Source: an uncultured Alphaproteobacteria bacterium
GTDB taxonomy: Bacteria; Pseudomonadota; Alphaproteobacteria; HIMB59; GCA-002718135
Length of the DNA: 64,000 bases
Direction: 5' to 3'
Assembly: GCA_902605135.1 (NCBI GenBank)
Contig: CACLBK010000002.1
Span: forward strand, 2,164 to 66,163
Below, in pieces: positions 9,438-23,189 of this stretch (positions within the stretch are counted from its first letter, which is position 1; every line of letters begins with the position of its first letter). Under the pieces are notes generated by a model, which saw only the letters and a list, made by a program, of their open reading frames with translations, did not search any database and was not told the DNA's origin. A program made the translations under genes and the position numbers.

Positions 9438-10264
9438 AACAATACTTAGATGCTTTGAGATATTGTTATGATAATGGTAATGATGTTGAGAGTAGGGCTG
9501 GTAGTGTCAGAAAATCTTTTGGTTACCAAATGCATTTTGATTTATCAAAAGGTTTTCCTGCTATAACTACAAAAAAACTAGCATGGAAATCTGTAGTTTC
9601 AGAATTACTCTGGTTTATAGAGGGTTCTGATGATGAGAGAAGGTTAGCAGAAATTTTATATAACGATAAGAGAGAAAATTTAAAAGATAAAAAAACTATT
9701 TGGTCACAAAACGCTGAAGCTGATTATTGGAAGTCTAAAGCTCAGTTCGAAGGCGATGTAGGTAAAATTTATGGTGTTCAGTGGAGAAATTTTAATGGCG
9801 AAGATCAAATTGTAAATCTAATTAAGGGATTGAATGAAGATCCAAATGGAAGACGTCATATAATTTCAGCTTGGAATCCACCAGATATAAAGAACATGTC
9901 ATTACCTGCATGTCATGCATTTTCACAATTTTTTATTTCTAATAACAAATTAAGTTGCCAATTATATCAAAGATCTTGTGATATGTTTTTGGGAGTTCCA
10001 TTTAATATAGCCAGTTATAGTCTTTTAACCCATATGTTAGCTAGGGAGTGTCGATTAGAAGTTGGAACTTTTATTCATTCATTAGGAGATTTTCATATTT
10101 ATAAAGAACATTTTGAACAGGTTAAAATTCAATTAGGAAGAATGCCTAAAAAATTACCTGAGCTACAATTTGAAAGAAAAGATTTTTTTAAATATAACGT
10201 AAATGATTTTAAATTAATTGACTATCAACATCACGAAAAAATTGATGCTCTAATGAATGTTTAA
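9434..10264 (+). CDS. thyA: Thymidylate synthase (ThyA type)
   Basis: PACHAFSQFF active-site Cys and LYQRSCDMFLGVPFNIASYSLL. I prefer the ATG at 9434 (MKQYLDAL..., the classic ThyA N-terminus) over the ORF-track start at 9425. Confidence 0.94.
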   Translation: MKQYLDALRYCYDNGNDVESRAGSVRKSFGYQMHFDLSKGFPAITTKKLAWKSVVSELLWFIEGSDDERRLAEILYNDKRENLKDKKTIWSQNAEADYWKSKAQFEGDVGKIYGVQWRNFNGEDQIVNLIKGLNEDPNGRRHIISAWNPPDIKNMSLPACHAFSQFFISNNKLSCQLYQRSCDMFLGVPFNIASYSLLTHMLARECRLEVGTFIHSLGDFHIYKEHFEQVKIQLGRMPKKLPELQFERKDFFKYNVNDFKLIDYQHHEKIDALMNV

Positions 10265-11304
10265 CCCAGAGATTTTTTTAAGTTCTTAGCAATTGAAATA
10301 AAATTTTCTGAAATTTTACCATTTGGCTTATCTATTAAAGCAGGTATGCCATTGTCTGATTGAATTCTTAAATTTATATCTATAGGAATTTCTCCTAAAT
10401 AAGGTATTTTAAATTTTTCAGCTTCTTTTTTTACACCATCTTTTGAAAATATATAATGTTTTTGATTGCAGTTATTACATATGAAGTAACTCATATTTTC
10501 AACAATACCAAGAATATCAACATTAACTTTTTTAAACATATTTATTCCTTTTCTAGCATCAGTAAGAGCTACATCTTGAGGTGTAGAAATTACAATAGAT
10601 CCAGAAAGTTTCGAACTTTGTGCCAAAGTAAGTTGAGCATCTCCAGTACCGGGAGGGAGGTCAATTATAAGGTAATCTAATTCACCCCATTCAACTCCAT
10701 TAAACATTTGTTCTAAAGCTTTCATTACCATAGGTCCTCGCCAAATTGTTGGGGCCTCTGAGTCTAGAATAAAACCGATAGACATCAACTTTATTCCATG
10801 ATTTTCTATTGGTATAAGTTTTTTATTATCATTCATTATAGGTTTTTTTGAAATACCCATCATTCTAGGAATACTAGGGCCATAAATATCTGCATCTAAC
10901 AAACCAATTTTAAGGTCTAGTGAGCTTAAGGCTGTAGCAAGATTCACTGAAAAAGTAGATTTACCGACTCCACCCTTCCCACTTGCAATTGCAACAATAT
11001 TTCTTGCATCAATTTTGAATTTTTTTTCATCAGAATTATTCGTTTTATTAATATCTATATCTGAGTTGATAATTACGTTTACTGAAAGCACTCCTGAAAT
11101 TTGCTCAACATTATTTTTTAGTAATCTTGCTATATTTAGATAATGATCCTCTTTTTGACCTTTAACAAGCAAGGAAATGTTTACATTACCCTCTTTTACA
11201 ATTGCAGAAATGTTTTGATTTTTTAGATCAAAAGTAAGATTTGTTTCAGGATCACTAAATTTCTTTGAAAATGTATAAATTAAAGATAAAATTTCATCAG
11301 ACAT
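10261..11304 (-). CDS. apbC: Mrp/ApbC-family iron-sulfur cluster carrier ATPase
   Basis: Deviant Walker A SGKGGVGKST, CNNCNQKH CxxC motif, and an N-terminal DUF59-like domain. Confidence 0.9.
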   Translation of the reverse strand: MSDEILSLIYTFSKKFSDPETNLTFDLKNQNISAIVKEGNVNISLLVKGQKEDHYLNIARLLKNNVEQISGVLSVNVIINSDIDINKTNNSDEKKFKIDARNIVAIASGKGGVGKSTFSVNLATALSSLDLKIGLLDADIYGPSIPRMMGISKKPIMNDNKKLIPIENHGIKLMSIGFILDSEAPTIWRGPMVMKALEQMFNGVEWGELDYLIIDLPPGTGDAQLTLAQSSKLSGSIVISTPQDVALTDARKGINMFKKVNVDILGIVENMSYFICNNCNQKHYIFSKDGVKKEAEKFKIPYLGEIPIDINLRIQSDNGIPALIDKPNGKISENFISIAKNLKKSLG

Positions 11305-11406
11305 ACTTGATTTTTCCAGATTTACTCAAATATTAGTTATTAATTAATATAATTAGTGTTAGTAGATAGATCAAAATTTATCAAGAATATATGAATTGGA
11401 ATAAAA

Positions 11407-12495
11407 ATGAACGATAATAATCCTTGGGGATCAGGTGGAAACAACAATCCATGGGGTTCAGGTGGATCTGGAGATGGTCCAAACAGAAGGGACTTTGAAG
11501 ATTCAATCAGAAAAGCGAAAGATAGGTTTGGTAATTTTAAATTTGGCGGGAGACGTAATCTTTCGATTTTTATAATTGTAGCCCTTTTACTATGGTTAGC
11601 GACAGGTTTTTATAGAGTTGAGCCTGATGAACAGGGGGTAGAACTTTTATTTGGAAAATGGAATGGTCAAACTACTGAACCAGGTCTTCATTATTTTTTT
11701 CCTACTCCAATAGGACAGACAGTTACACCAAAAGTGGAAGTAATTAGAAAAATAAATGTAGGTTTTAGAAGTGCAAGTGATCTTGGTTTTGGTTCAAATT
11801 CAAACGCTGAGAGAAAAGTTATTGAAGAAAGTTTAATGCTTACAGGTGATCAAAATATTGCAGACGTAGCATTTACAGTTCTATTCAAAATAAAAGACGC
11901 AGGGAATTTTTTATTTAAACTTAGGAACCCAGAACTCACAGTAAAAGATATGTCTGAAAGTGTCGTGCGCGAGGTTGTTGGTCAAAGAGATCTCCAATTC
12001 TTACTTACCGAAGGTCGTCAAGAAGTTGAACAAGTGGTAAGAAATGAACTTCAAATAGTTTTAGATTCATATGAAAGTGGAGTTTTGGTTCAATCTGTTC
12101 AATTACAAAGTGTTGATCCACCCGATCAAGTTATAGACGCTTTTGATGAAGTTCAAAGAGCTAGACAAGATAAAGAGAGATTGGTTAACGAAGCTAATAC
12201 TTATTTAAATAGAATTGTTCCTAACGCACGTGGTGAAGCAGCTAAACTTGTAGAAGGTGCAACAGCCTACAAAGAACAAGTAGTTAAGCAAGCAGAAGGT
12301 GTAGCTCAAAATTTTATTGACGTATACAATAGTTACAAAGATGCAAAAGAAGTTACTAAAAGAAGAATTTATTTAGAAACTCTAAGGGAAGTTTTAGAAG
12401 GTAAGAACAAAATTATTTTAGATGATACTGGAAATGGTCAAGGAGTAGTTCCATATCTACCTCTTAATGAATTAAAAAAATCAGGAACAAATTAG
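11407..12495 (+). CDS. hflK: FtsH protease modulator HflK
   Basis: N-terminal PWGSGG repeats, a single TM helix and an SPFH/band-7 domain. It is followed by hflC after a 1-nt gap. Confidence 0.9.
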   Translation: MNDNNPWGSGGNNNPWGSGGSGDGPNRRDFEDSIRKAKDRFGNFKFGGRRNLSIFIIVALLLWLATGFYRVEPDEQGVELLFGKWNGQTTEPGLHYFFPTPIGQTVTPKVEVIRKINVGFRSASDLGFGSNSNAERKVIEESLMLTGDQNIADVAFTVLFKIKDAGNFLFKLRNPELTVKDMSESVVREVVGQRDLQFLLTEGRQEVEQVVRNELQIVLDSYESGVLVQSVQLQSVDPPDQVIDAFDEVQRARQDKERLVNEANTYLNRIVPNARGEAAKLVEGATAYKEQVVKQAEGVAQNFIDVYNSYKDAKEVTKRRIYLETLREVLEGKNKIILDDTGNGQGVVPYLPLNELKKSGTN

Positions 12496-12496
12496 T

Positions 12497-13372
12497 ATGA
12501 GATTTAGTGCAAGAAACTTATTAATTATATTAGTAATTTTTATCTTATTTCTTACCTTTACTGGTGCTTTCTTTATAGTTAATGAAACAAAGCAAGCTCT
12601 TGTTCTTCAATTTGGTGATCCAAGAAAAGTAGTTACTAAACCTGGTTTGCAATTCAAAATCCCATTTATACAAGACGCAGTATTTTTAGACTCGAGATTA
12701 TTAAATCTAGATCCACAACCTGAGGAAATGATTTTATCTGATCAAAAAAGAATTATAGTTGACTCATTTGCTAGATATAACATTGTTGACCCACTAAAAT
12801 TTTACCAGACAGTTAGAAATGAGACAACATTCTCTGATAGATTTGGAAGAATTATTAATGCAGCAGTAAGAGGTGTTATAGCAAAGTACTCACTTACTTC
12901 ATTATTAAGTCAAAAAAGAATACAAATTATGGCTGAAATAGAAGATCAAATAAAAATTAATGAAGATTCTTATGGTGTGAAAATAGTTGATATTAGAATT
13001 GGAAGAACAGACTTAACTGAACAAGTATCCAACAATGTTTATCAAAGAATGCGTTCAGAGCGTGAAAAAGAAGCTAATTTATTAAGAGCAGAAGGTGAAG
13101 AATTATCTAAAGAAATTGTTGCTTCTGCTGATAGACAGCAAACTGTTATTATTGCTGAAGCAGAGAGAACTTCATCAATTTTAAGAGGTGAAGGAGACGC
13201 TTCAAAAAACAAAATACTTGGAGATGCATATAGTCTTGATGAAGAATTTTTTGATTTCTTAAGAACAATGCAAGCTTGCAAAGATACTTTTGGTGATACA
13301 GAAATGTCGATGGTCATTGCACCTGGTGAAGTTTGTGAAAAGTTTTTTGGTGAAATAGATCTCCAGAATTAA
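12497..13372 (+). CDS. hflC: FtsH protease modulator HflC
   Basis: N-terminal TM helix plus an SPFH domain (PGLQFKIPFIQ). Paired with hflK. Confidence 0.9.
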   Translation: MRFSARNLLIILVIFILFLTFTGAFFIVNETKQALVLQFGDPRKVVTKPGLQFKIPFIQDAVFLDSRLLNLDPQPEEMILSDQKRIIVDSFARYNIVDPLKFYQTVRNETTFSDRFGRIINAAVRGVIAKYSLTSLLSQKRIQIMAEIEDQIKINEDSYGVKIVDIRIGRTDLTEQVSNNVYQRMRSEREKEANLLRAEGEELSKEIVASADRQQTVIIAEAERTSSILRGEGDASKNKILGDAYSLDEEFFDFLRTMQACKDTFGDTEMSMVIAPGEVCEKFFGEIDLQN

Positions 13373-13572
13373 TGTTTGAAATTTTATTTATAAGCATAGG
13401 TCTAGTGCTGATCACCGAAGGCATTCTATATTTTTTTCTAGCTAACAATTTAAATAAATTATTAAATGTCTTGAGTTCGATTAACCCTCAAACTATAAAA
13501 AACATAAGTGCTTTTTGTGCTCTGATGGGATTATGCCTTATTTATTTCACTTTCAAATATTACGATAACTAA
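13372..13572 (+). CDS. Small two-TM membrane protein (YjeT/DUF2065-like)
   Basis: 66 aa with two hydrophobic helices. It occupies the position after hflC that yjeT occupies in E. coli. TAATG overlap with hflC. Confidence 0.55.
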   Translation: MFEILFISIGLVLITEGILYFFLANNLNKLLNVLSSINPQTIKNISAFCALMGLCLIYFTFKYYDN

Positions 13573-13573
13573 A

Positions 13574-14935
13574 ATGAGATTAAAGTTTCTATTTGTAAGT
13601 ATTATTTTTTTTTCCAAACCCTTATTTGCAGTTCCTGAAAGCTTTGCAGACTTAGTTGAAGAATTATCTCCAGCAGTAGTCAGCATCGCTTCGACTACTA
13701 TCGTTGAAAATAACGGTCAAAATCAAATACCTCAATTTCCAGAGGGATCTCCTTTTGATGAATTTTTTAAAGAATATTTTGATAGAGATCAAAGAAGATC
13801 ACAAAGACCTATGACAGGACTTGGATCTGGTTTCATAATAAGTGAAGACGGTATAGTTGTTACAAATAATCATGTAATAGAGGGAGCAGATGAGATAACA
13901 GTTATATTAAATGATGAAACAGAGTTTACGGCTCAGTTACTTGGAAGAGATCCAAAAGCAGATATAGCTGTATTAAAAATTGATCCTCAAAATAAAAATC
14001 TTGCTTATGTTTCTTGGGGAGATTCTGATCAGATGAGAGTTGGAGATTGGTCTATCGCAATTGGAAACCCTCTTGGTTTAGGTGGTACTGTAACAGCAGG
14101 TATTATATCTGCGATTTCAAGAGACTTGGGTAGTGGGCCATATGTAAAATTTTTACAAACAGATGCATCTATCAATAGAGGAAACTCAGGTGGACCATTG
14201 TTTAATTTAGATGGTGAAGTAATAGGTATTAATACAGCAATTGTATCACAGACAGGTGGAAGTATCGGCTTGGGGTTTGCAATCCCTGCTAATAGTGCAA
14301 ATAAAATAGTGCAACAATTAAAAGATTTTGGAAAAACTAAGAGAGGTTGGTTAGGTGTTCAAATTCAACCTGTAACAAGTGATTTCGCCGAAAGTTTAGG
14401 TTTACCAGATCAAAAAGGTGCTTTTATAACCAACGTAAACCCGAACGGACCTTCTAAAACGGCTGGATTAGAACCAGGAGATGTAATTTTAAAATTTAAT
14501 GATATTGAAATTAAAAAGATGCCTGATTTACCAAGAGTTGTTGCCGAGTCTGATGTGGGCTCTACTGCAATCTTAGAAGTTTGGAGAAAAAACAAAAAAA
14601 TTATTATTGAGGTTAAATTAGGTGAGTTACCAGGAGAAGTAGTTACAGAGAGAAAAATAACTTCAAATATCGAAAGTAACTTAAAAATAGTTTCATTAGG
14701 AATTACTATTGAAAATCATGATAGTGGAGTTAGGGTAGTTTCTATTGATGATGACGATGGTAGTCTGCAAAATGGAGATATAATAACAGAAGTTAATAGA
14801 GAGATTATTAAAAATATGACTTCATTTGAAAAACTAGTAAAATCTTTAGAGAAAACAGGTAGATCTTCATTATTATTGAAAATAATTAGAGATGATGAGC
14901 AAAATTGGGTAACTATAAAATTTAAGAATAATTGA
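13574..14935 (+). CDS. degP: Periplasmic serine endoprotease DegP/HtrA family (two PDZ domains)
   Basis: Signal peptide, TNNHV (His), GNSGGPLFN (Ser) and two PDZ-like C-terminal regions. Confidence 0.9.
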   Translation: MRLKFLFVSIIFFSKPLFAVPESFADLVEELSPAVVSIASTTIVENNGQNQIPQFPEGSPFDEFFKEYFDRDQRRSQRPMTGLGSGFIISEDGIVVTNNHVIEGADEITVILNDETEFTAQLLGRDPKADIAVLKIDPQNKNLAYVSWGDSDQMRVGDWSIAIGNPLGLGGTVTAGIISAISRDLGSGPYVKFLQTDASINRGNSGGPLFNLDGEVIGINTAIVSQTGGSIGLGFAIPANSANKIVQQLKDFGKTKRGWLGVQIQPVTSDFAESLGLPDQKGAFITNVNPNGPSKTAGLEPGDVILKFNDIEIKKMPDLPRVVAESDVGSTAILEVWRKNKKIIIEVKLGELPGEVVTERKITSNIESNLKIVSLGITIENHDSGVRVVSIDDDDGSLQNGDIITEVNREIIKNMTSFEKLVKSLEKTGRSSLLLKIIRDDEQNWVTIKFKNN

Positions 14936-15855
14936 AAACTCAAATCTTTTTTGTATTAGGACCAACTGCTTCAGGAAAATCAAAATTTGCCTTAAATCTA
15001 GCTAATAAATTAAATGGCGAAATTATAAATGCTGACAGTATGCAGATTTATAGTGAACTAAATGTTTTAAGTGCTAGACCGACAATAAATGAACAAAAAA
15101 AAATAAAACATCATCTATATGGTTTTGTAAAAGGTGATGTTAGATTTAATGTTCAAAAATGGTGTGAGGAAGCATCAACTAAAATTAATTATTTAGTTGA
15201 TAAAAATATAACACCTATTTTAGTTGGAGGCACAGGTCTTTACATAGATTCTTTAATTAATGGTATAGTTTCAATTCCATCTATACCAGAAAAAGTAAAA
15301 ATAGAATCTGATAAAATGATTTCAAATATTGGTAAGGAAAATTTTTATAATTTAGTTAAAGAACTGGATAGTGATGCAATGCGTAATATTGCATATAATG
15401 ATATCCAAAGAATAAGAAGAATTTGGGAAGTAAATTTTTTTACAAAGAAAAAATTTAGTGACTGGAAAAAAAATAAAAACAAAAAATTAATTAATTTAAT
15501 AAATTATAAAATTTTATTGTTTCTTCCTAAAAGAAATGAAAATTATAAAAGGGTAGATCAAAGAACACATTTAATGATACAAGATGGTGCTATAGAAGAA
15601 GTTAAAAATTTACTTAAGTTAAATTATAATACTAATTTACCTATAATGAAAGCCCATGGAGTTCCTGAAATTCAGTCTTTTCTAAAAAATGAAATATCAA
15701 TTGAAGAATGTATTTCTAAGATTCAGCAAGTGACAAGAAATTATGTAAAGAGACAGCACACCTGGTGGAGATCATCAAATCTTAAAATATTTAAAAAATT
15801 TCATCAATTTCCTAACGAAATTGATATAAATTCTATAAATTTAGACCAAAATTGA
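14932..15855 (+). CDS. miaA: tRNA dimethylallyltransferase
   Basis: P-loop GPTASGKS, ADSMQIY and VGGTGLY motifs. The TTG start overlaps the degP stop (TTGA). Confidence 0.9.
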   Translation: MKTQIFFVLGPTASGKSKFALNLANKLNGEIINADSMQIYSELNVLSARPTINEQKKIKHHLYGFVKGDVRFNVQKWCEEASTKINYLVDKNITPILVGGTGLYIDSLINGIVSIPSIPEKVKIESDKMISNIGKENFYNLVKELDSDAMRNIAYNDIQRIRRIWEVNFFTKKKFSDWKKNKNKKLINLINYKILLFLPKRNENYKRVDQRTHLMIQDGAIEEVKNLLKLNYNTNLPIMKAHGVPEIQSFLKNEISIEECISKIQQVTRNYVKRQHTWWRSSNLKIFKKFHQFPNEIDINSINLDQN

Positions 15856-15902
15856 ACTAATTTATTGATTTTATTTTATCCACAGCCTATGAGCTAAGAT
15901 CA

Positions 15903-17668
15903 ATGAATAATGAAATTACAGGTGCTGAAATCGTCTTAAAAAGCTTAGCAGAGCAAGGCGTAGAAGTAGTGTTTGGATATCCTGGTGGTGCCGTATTACC
16001 TATATACGATACTTTATTTAAACAGAATTCAATTAAGCACATTTTAGTAAGACAAGAGGGTGGTGCTATTCATGCCGCTGAAGGTTATGCAAGGTCTACA
16101 GGGAAAACTGGAGTAGTACTCGTTACATCAGGACCTGGTGCAACAAATGTTGTAACTGGTTTAACTGATGCAATGATGGACAGTGTCCCAGTTGTTTGTA
16201 TTACAGGACAAGTGCCAACTCATTTAATAGGAAGTGATGCATTTCAAGAATGTGACACAACTGGAATAACAAGACCATGTACAAAACATAACTATTTAGT
16301 AAAAAATGTAAATAAGCTATCATCTGTTTTTCATGAAGCTTTTACCATAGCACAAAATGGAAGGCCTGGACCAGTATTAATAGATATACCAAAAGATGTT
16401 CAGTTTGCTAAGGGCACTTATGAAGAAAAAAATAAAATTATTATCCCATCTCATAGATTGTTTGAGCCAAGTCCTGATTTTGAAAAAAGTAAAATTGAAG
16501 AAGCTGTTGAATTAATTGCAAATGCAAAAAAACCAATTTTTTATATTGGAGGTGGATGTATTAATTCTGGACCAAAAGCTTCAAAATTAGTTAGAGAATT
16601 TATAAACATGGTTGGGTCACCAGTTACGATGACTTTGATGGGCCTCGGGGTAGTTGGATCATCAGATAAAAATTCACTTGGTATGCTTGGAATGCATGGG
16701 ATGTATGAAGCTAATATGGCAATGCACGAGTGTGATGTCATGATTAATATAGGTGCAAGATTTGATGACAGAGTCACTGGAAGACTTGATGCCTTTTCTC
16801 CTAACTCAAAGAAGATCCATATTGATATTGATGAAAGTAATATTAATAAAACTATTAATGTTGATGTTCCGATAATAGGTGATGTTAAGCAAGTTGTAGA
16901 TAAAATGATTTCTATTTGGAAAGAAAAAAATTACAAAATAGATACTGATTCATTAAAATTATGGTGGGATAAAATTAATAAATGGAAAGAAATAGATTGT
17001 CTTAATTATAATAATGAGGGTAAACAGATTAAACCTCAATATGCGGTACAAAGACTTTATGAATTAACAAAGAATACAAAAACGTTTGTTACTACTGAAG
17101 TTGGTCAACATCAAATGTGGGCAGCACAGTTTTATAAATTTGAAGAGCCTAATAGATGGCTTACTTCTGGAGGCTTAGGAACAATGGGTTATGGATTTCC
17201 GGCTGCAATTGGAGCACAGGTGGGCAATCCGGATGCTTTGGTTGTTGATATAGCTGGAGATGCATCAATACTTATGAATATTCAAGAAATGAGTACTGCT
17301 ATTCAGTATAGACTTCCAGTTAAAATATTTATTTTAAATAATGAATACATGGGAATGGTTAGACAATGGCAAGAGTTATTGCATGGAGGTAGGTATTCTG
17401 AAAGTTATACTGACAGCTTACCTGATTTTGTAAAGTTAGCAGAAAGTTATAAAGCAGTTGGTTTAAGAGCAAAGACTACCGACGACCTTGATGATGTAAT
17501 TACTCAAATGATAGAAACCAAAAATACTGTAATTGCAGATATTTGGGTCACTAAAGAAGAAAATTGCTTTCCTATGATTCAAAGTGGGTCTGCTCATAAT
17601 GAAATGATGTTAAGTAAAGATCAAAAACAAGATAAAAAATCTGCCGAAAAAGGAAAAATTTTAGTTTA

Positions 17669-17669
<1 letters not shown>
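15903..17669 (+). CDS. ilvB: Acetolactate synthase large subunit
   Basis: ThDP enzyme motifs GYPGGA and GGLGTMGYGFPAAIGA...GDAS...NN. Followed by the small subunit. Confidence 0.95.
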
Positions 17670-19230
<1,561 letters not shown>

Positions 19231-19272
19231 ATGAAAGTTTAATTAAATTTTGATTAGTATATAATTAAAAAT

Positions 19273-20829
19273 ATGACTGAAAAACTATATATTTTTGATA
19301 CAACTCTTAGAGACGGAGAACAGTCCCCAGGAGCATCAATGAATTTGGATGAAAAACTTCAAATTGCTGAAGTATTAGATTCAATGAATGTAGATATAAT
19401 AGAAGCTGGTTTTCCTATTGCATCTAATGGAGATTTTGAAGCAGTTCAAGAAGTTAGCAAACATGTAAAGAATTCTACGATTGCTGGTTTAGCTAGAGCT
19501 AGTCTAAGAGATATCGATAGAGCTTGGGAAGCAGTTCAGCATGCTAAATCTCCAAGAATTCATACCTTTATTGCTACTAGTCCACTTCATATGAAATATA
19601 AGTTAAAGAAAACAGAAGTTGAGGTTTTAGAAGCTATTGAGAAAACAGTAAAACACGCAAGAAATCTTTGCGATAATATAGAGTGGAGTTGCGAAGATGG
19701 AGGAAGATCAGAACTAGAATTTCTATACAAATGTATTGAACTTGCTATTAATTCTGGTGCATCAACAATTAATATTCCTGACACTGTTGGTTATACATTG
19801 CCGGAAGAATTTGGTGCAATTTTTAAGCATGTTAAAAATAATGTACCTAATATAGATAAAGCTATTCTTTCAACACATACACACAATGATCTTGGTTTAG
19901 CTACAGCTAACAATGTTGCTGCAATTAAAGAGGGTGCAAGACAAGTTGAATGTACTATTAATGGTATGGGTGAAAGAGCTGGAAATTCATCACTAGAAGA
20001 AATTGTCATGACACTCAAAGTTAAAAAGGATCTTATGCCTTATCATACCGATATTAAAACAGAGTTAATTATGAAAGCATCAAGATTAGTTTCTTCAATA
20101 ACAGGATTTCCTGTTCAACCAAATAAAGCAATTGTAGGTGCTAATGCATTTGCGCATGAAGCCGGAATTCATCAAGATGGTATGCTCAAACATGCTGGTA
20201 CCTATGAGATAATGACTCCTGAATCAATTGGGTTAAATCAATCGTCACTCGTCCTTGGTAAACACTCAGGTAAACATGCATTTTCAGAAAAAATAAAAGA
20301 GCTTGGCTATGAAGTAGGTGATAATGCTTTGATGGAATTATTTGGTAGATTTAAAGATTTAGCTGATAAGAAAAAAGAAATATTTGAAGAAGATTTAATC
20401 GCACTAGCTGAGGATAGAACATCATCATATGATGAACACATTAAATTTGTATCATTAGAAGTAAATGCAGGATCTGTTGAAAAAGCTGAAGCGAAGTTAA
20501 AGATAGAAATAAACGAAAAAGTGGAAAATATTAAAATAAATGGAAACGGTCCTGTAGATGCAACATTCAATGCAATAAAAAAACTTACTAATACTGAATT
20601 TAGACTTAAACTTTATCAAGTAAATGCAATTACAGCAGGTACTGATGCACAAGGAGAAGTAACAGTAAGATTGGAAAATGATAATCTTTCATCTCAAGCA
20701 AAAGGAAGTGATCCTGATATAATTGTTGCTTCAGCAAAAGCTTACATAAACGCATTAAACAGATTGATCTTTAAAAAAACTAAATCTATTAAAGAAAATA
20801 CTGCAAGCTTAAAAATAGAAGGAGTTTAA
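19273..20829 (+). CDS. leuA: 2-isopropylmalate synthase
   Basis: TTLRDGEQSPG, HTHNDLGLA, and a C-terminal LeuA dimerisation/regulatory domain. Confidence 0.95.
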   Translation: MTEKLYIFDTTLRDGEQSPGASMNLDEKLQIAEVLDSMNVDIIEAGFPIASNGDFEAVQEVSKHVKNSTIAGLARASLRDIDRAWEAVQHAKSPRIHTFIATSPLHMKYKLKKTEVEVLEAIEKTVKHARNLCDNIEWSCEDGGRSELEFLYKCIELAINSGASTINIPDTVGYTLPEEFGAIFKHVKNNVPNIDKAILSTHTHNDLGLATANNVAAIKEGARQVECTINGMGERAGNSSLEEIVMTLKVKKDLMPYHTDIKTELIMKASRLVSSITGFPVQPNKAIVGANAFAHEAGIHQDGMLKHAGTYEIMTPESIGLNQSSLVLGKHSGKHAFSEKIKELGYEVGDNALMELFGRFKDLADKKKEIFEEDLIALAEDRTSSYDEHIKFVSLEVNAGSVEKAEAKLKIEINEKVENIKINGNGPVDATFNAIKKLTNTEFRLKLYQVNAITAGTDAQGEVTVRLENDNLSSQAKGSDPDIIVASAKAYINALNRLIFKKTKSIKENTASLKIEGV

Positions 20830-20832
20830 TGA

Positions 20833-21873
<1,041 letters not shown>

Positions 21874-21881
21874 AAACTAAA

Positions 21882-22703
21882 ATGGCACCTAAGTTCCAAA
21901 TAAAAGTTTTTCAAATTTCAAGTTTCGTTAAGAATTTTACAATCATTTCTATTGTATCTTTATCATTTTTTTTAGTTTTTTTTTCAAAATCTGATTTGTA
22001 TCTTATGAATGGGCTAAAAAATATATCTAGTTCAGTAATTATTCCAATTACAAGAGTGATTTCAGCACCATTAAATGTATTTTCTAATTTTGTTGATGAA
22101 TACAATAAGTTTGCGAGTTTAAAATTTGAAAATAAATTACTTCAAGAAGAGATAGTACGTTTAAAAAAATGGCAAACATTAGCAATACAAAACTCAAGAG
22201 AGAATAAAGTTTTAAAAAAATTATTAAATGCAACTGATAATAATTTAAGTTTAGTAAAAACAGCATCTCTTATTAACAGAAATGATACAATTTATACTAA
22301 GCTAATAAATTTAAATGCTGGCTACGAAGATAAAATTAAGAAAAATATGTCAGCTATTAATGAAAGAGGATTAGTAGGAAAAGTAATTGATACAACTTCA
22401 AATAATTCTAGAGTAATTCTATTGACTGACCCAAATTTATCTATTTCAGTAAAATCTATATCAGATGATATTTTTTCCTTACTTACTGGCAATGGAGATG
22501 GCAAATATCTGGTAAGTTCTTTTGTAAAGGAAAATAAAATGCCAAGATTAGGAGATATTGTTGTGACAAGTGGTACAGCACAAATTTTCCCGGTTGACTT
22601 ATTAGTTGGCAAAGTAGCTAAAATTGAAAAAAATAGATTTTTTGTATTACCATATGTTGATTTTGAAAATATTGATTATTTACAAATAGTTACTTCCAAA
22701 TAA
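21882..22703 (+). CDS. mreC: Rod shape-determining protein MreC
   Basis: N-terminal TM helix, a coiled coil (LLQEEIVRLKKW) and a beta-rich C-terminal domain (GLVGKV...). Located in the mreBCD context. Confidence 0.8.
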   Translation: MAPKFQIKVFQISSFVKNFTIISIVSLSFFLVFFSKSDLYLMNGLKNISSSVIIPITRVISAPLNVFSNFVDEYNKFASLKFENKLLQEEIVRLKKWQTLAIQNSRENKVLKKLLNATDNNLSLVKTASLINRNDTIYTKLINLNAGYEDKIKKNMSAINERGLVGKVIDTTSNNSRVILLTDPNLSISVKSISDDIFSLLTGNGDGKYLVSSFVKENKMPRLGDIVVTSGTAQIFPVDLLVGKVAKIEKNRFFVLPYVDFENIDYLQIVTSK

Positions 22704-22705
22704 AG

Positions 22706-23188
22706 GTGTTTACCAAATTCTTTAACTCCTCTGTAAAACTAAATATTATTTTAATTATAAGTTTTTCAATTTCTGTAAATTCTTTTACTTTATTTCCCAA
22801 CGTCAATAATGCATTTTATATACTTTTTCACTTAACTGTTATTTATCTAATTTTTTACCACTATCACTATTATCTTTATATAGTTGCTTTAGTATATGGT
22901 ATTTTACTTGATATTTTATTATTAAATTATATTGGTACTCATTTAATTACTTTTTTATCTCTCTTAATCTTTTTTGCTTTACTTAAAAAATATTTAATTA
23001 GATTATCTTCCTACCAAATAATTTTTGTATATTTTATAACGTTAATAGCTTTACTTCTATTTGAGCAAATTTTAGCGAACCTCATAAATAATTATAAATT
23101 TAATTTATCTTTAATTTTAAATTTCTTGTTAATTTCTTTAATTATATTTATTCCTACTGTATTTTTATTTACTAAATTAGATAAGTGA
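22706..23188 (+). CDS. mreD: Rod shape-determining protein MreD
   Basis: 160-aa polytopic membrane protein in the mreD position. Called by synteny. Confidence 0.6.
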   Translation: MFTKFFNSSVKLNIILIISFSISVNSFTLFPNVNNAFYILFHLTVIYLIFYHYHYYLYIVALVYGILLDILLLNYIGTHLITFLSLLIFFALLKKYLIRLSSYQIIFVYFITLIALLLFEQILANLINNYKFNLSLILNFLLISLIIFIPTVFLFTKLDK

Positions 23189-23189
23189 T

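Noticed and set aside
11416-11466. Imperfect tandem repeat encoding NNPWGSGG twice at the 5' end of hflK
   Set aside because: It is in-frame low-complexity duplication within the known Gly/Pro/Trp-rich cytoplasmic N-terminus of HflK proteins. It is not a stand-alone repeat element.
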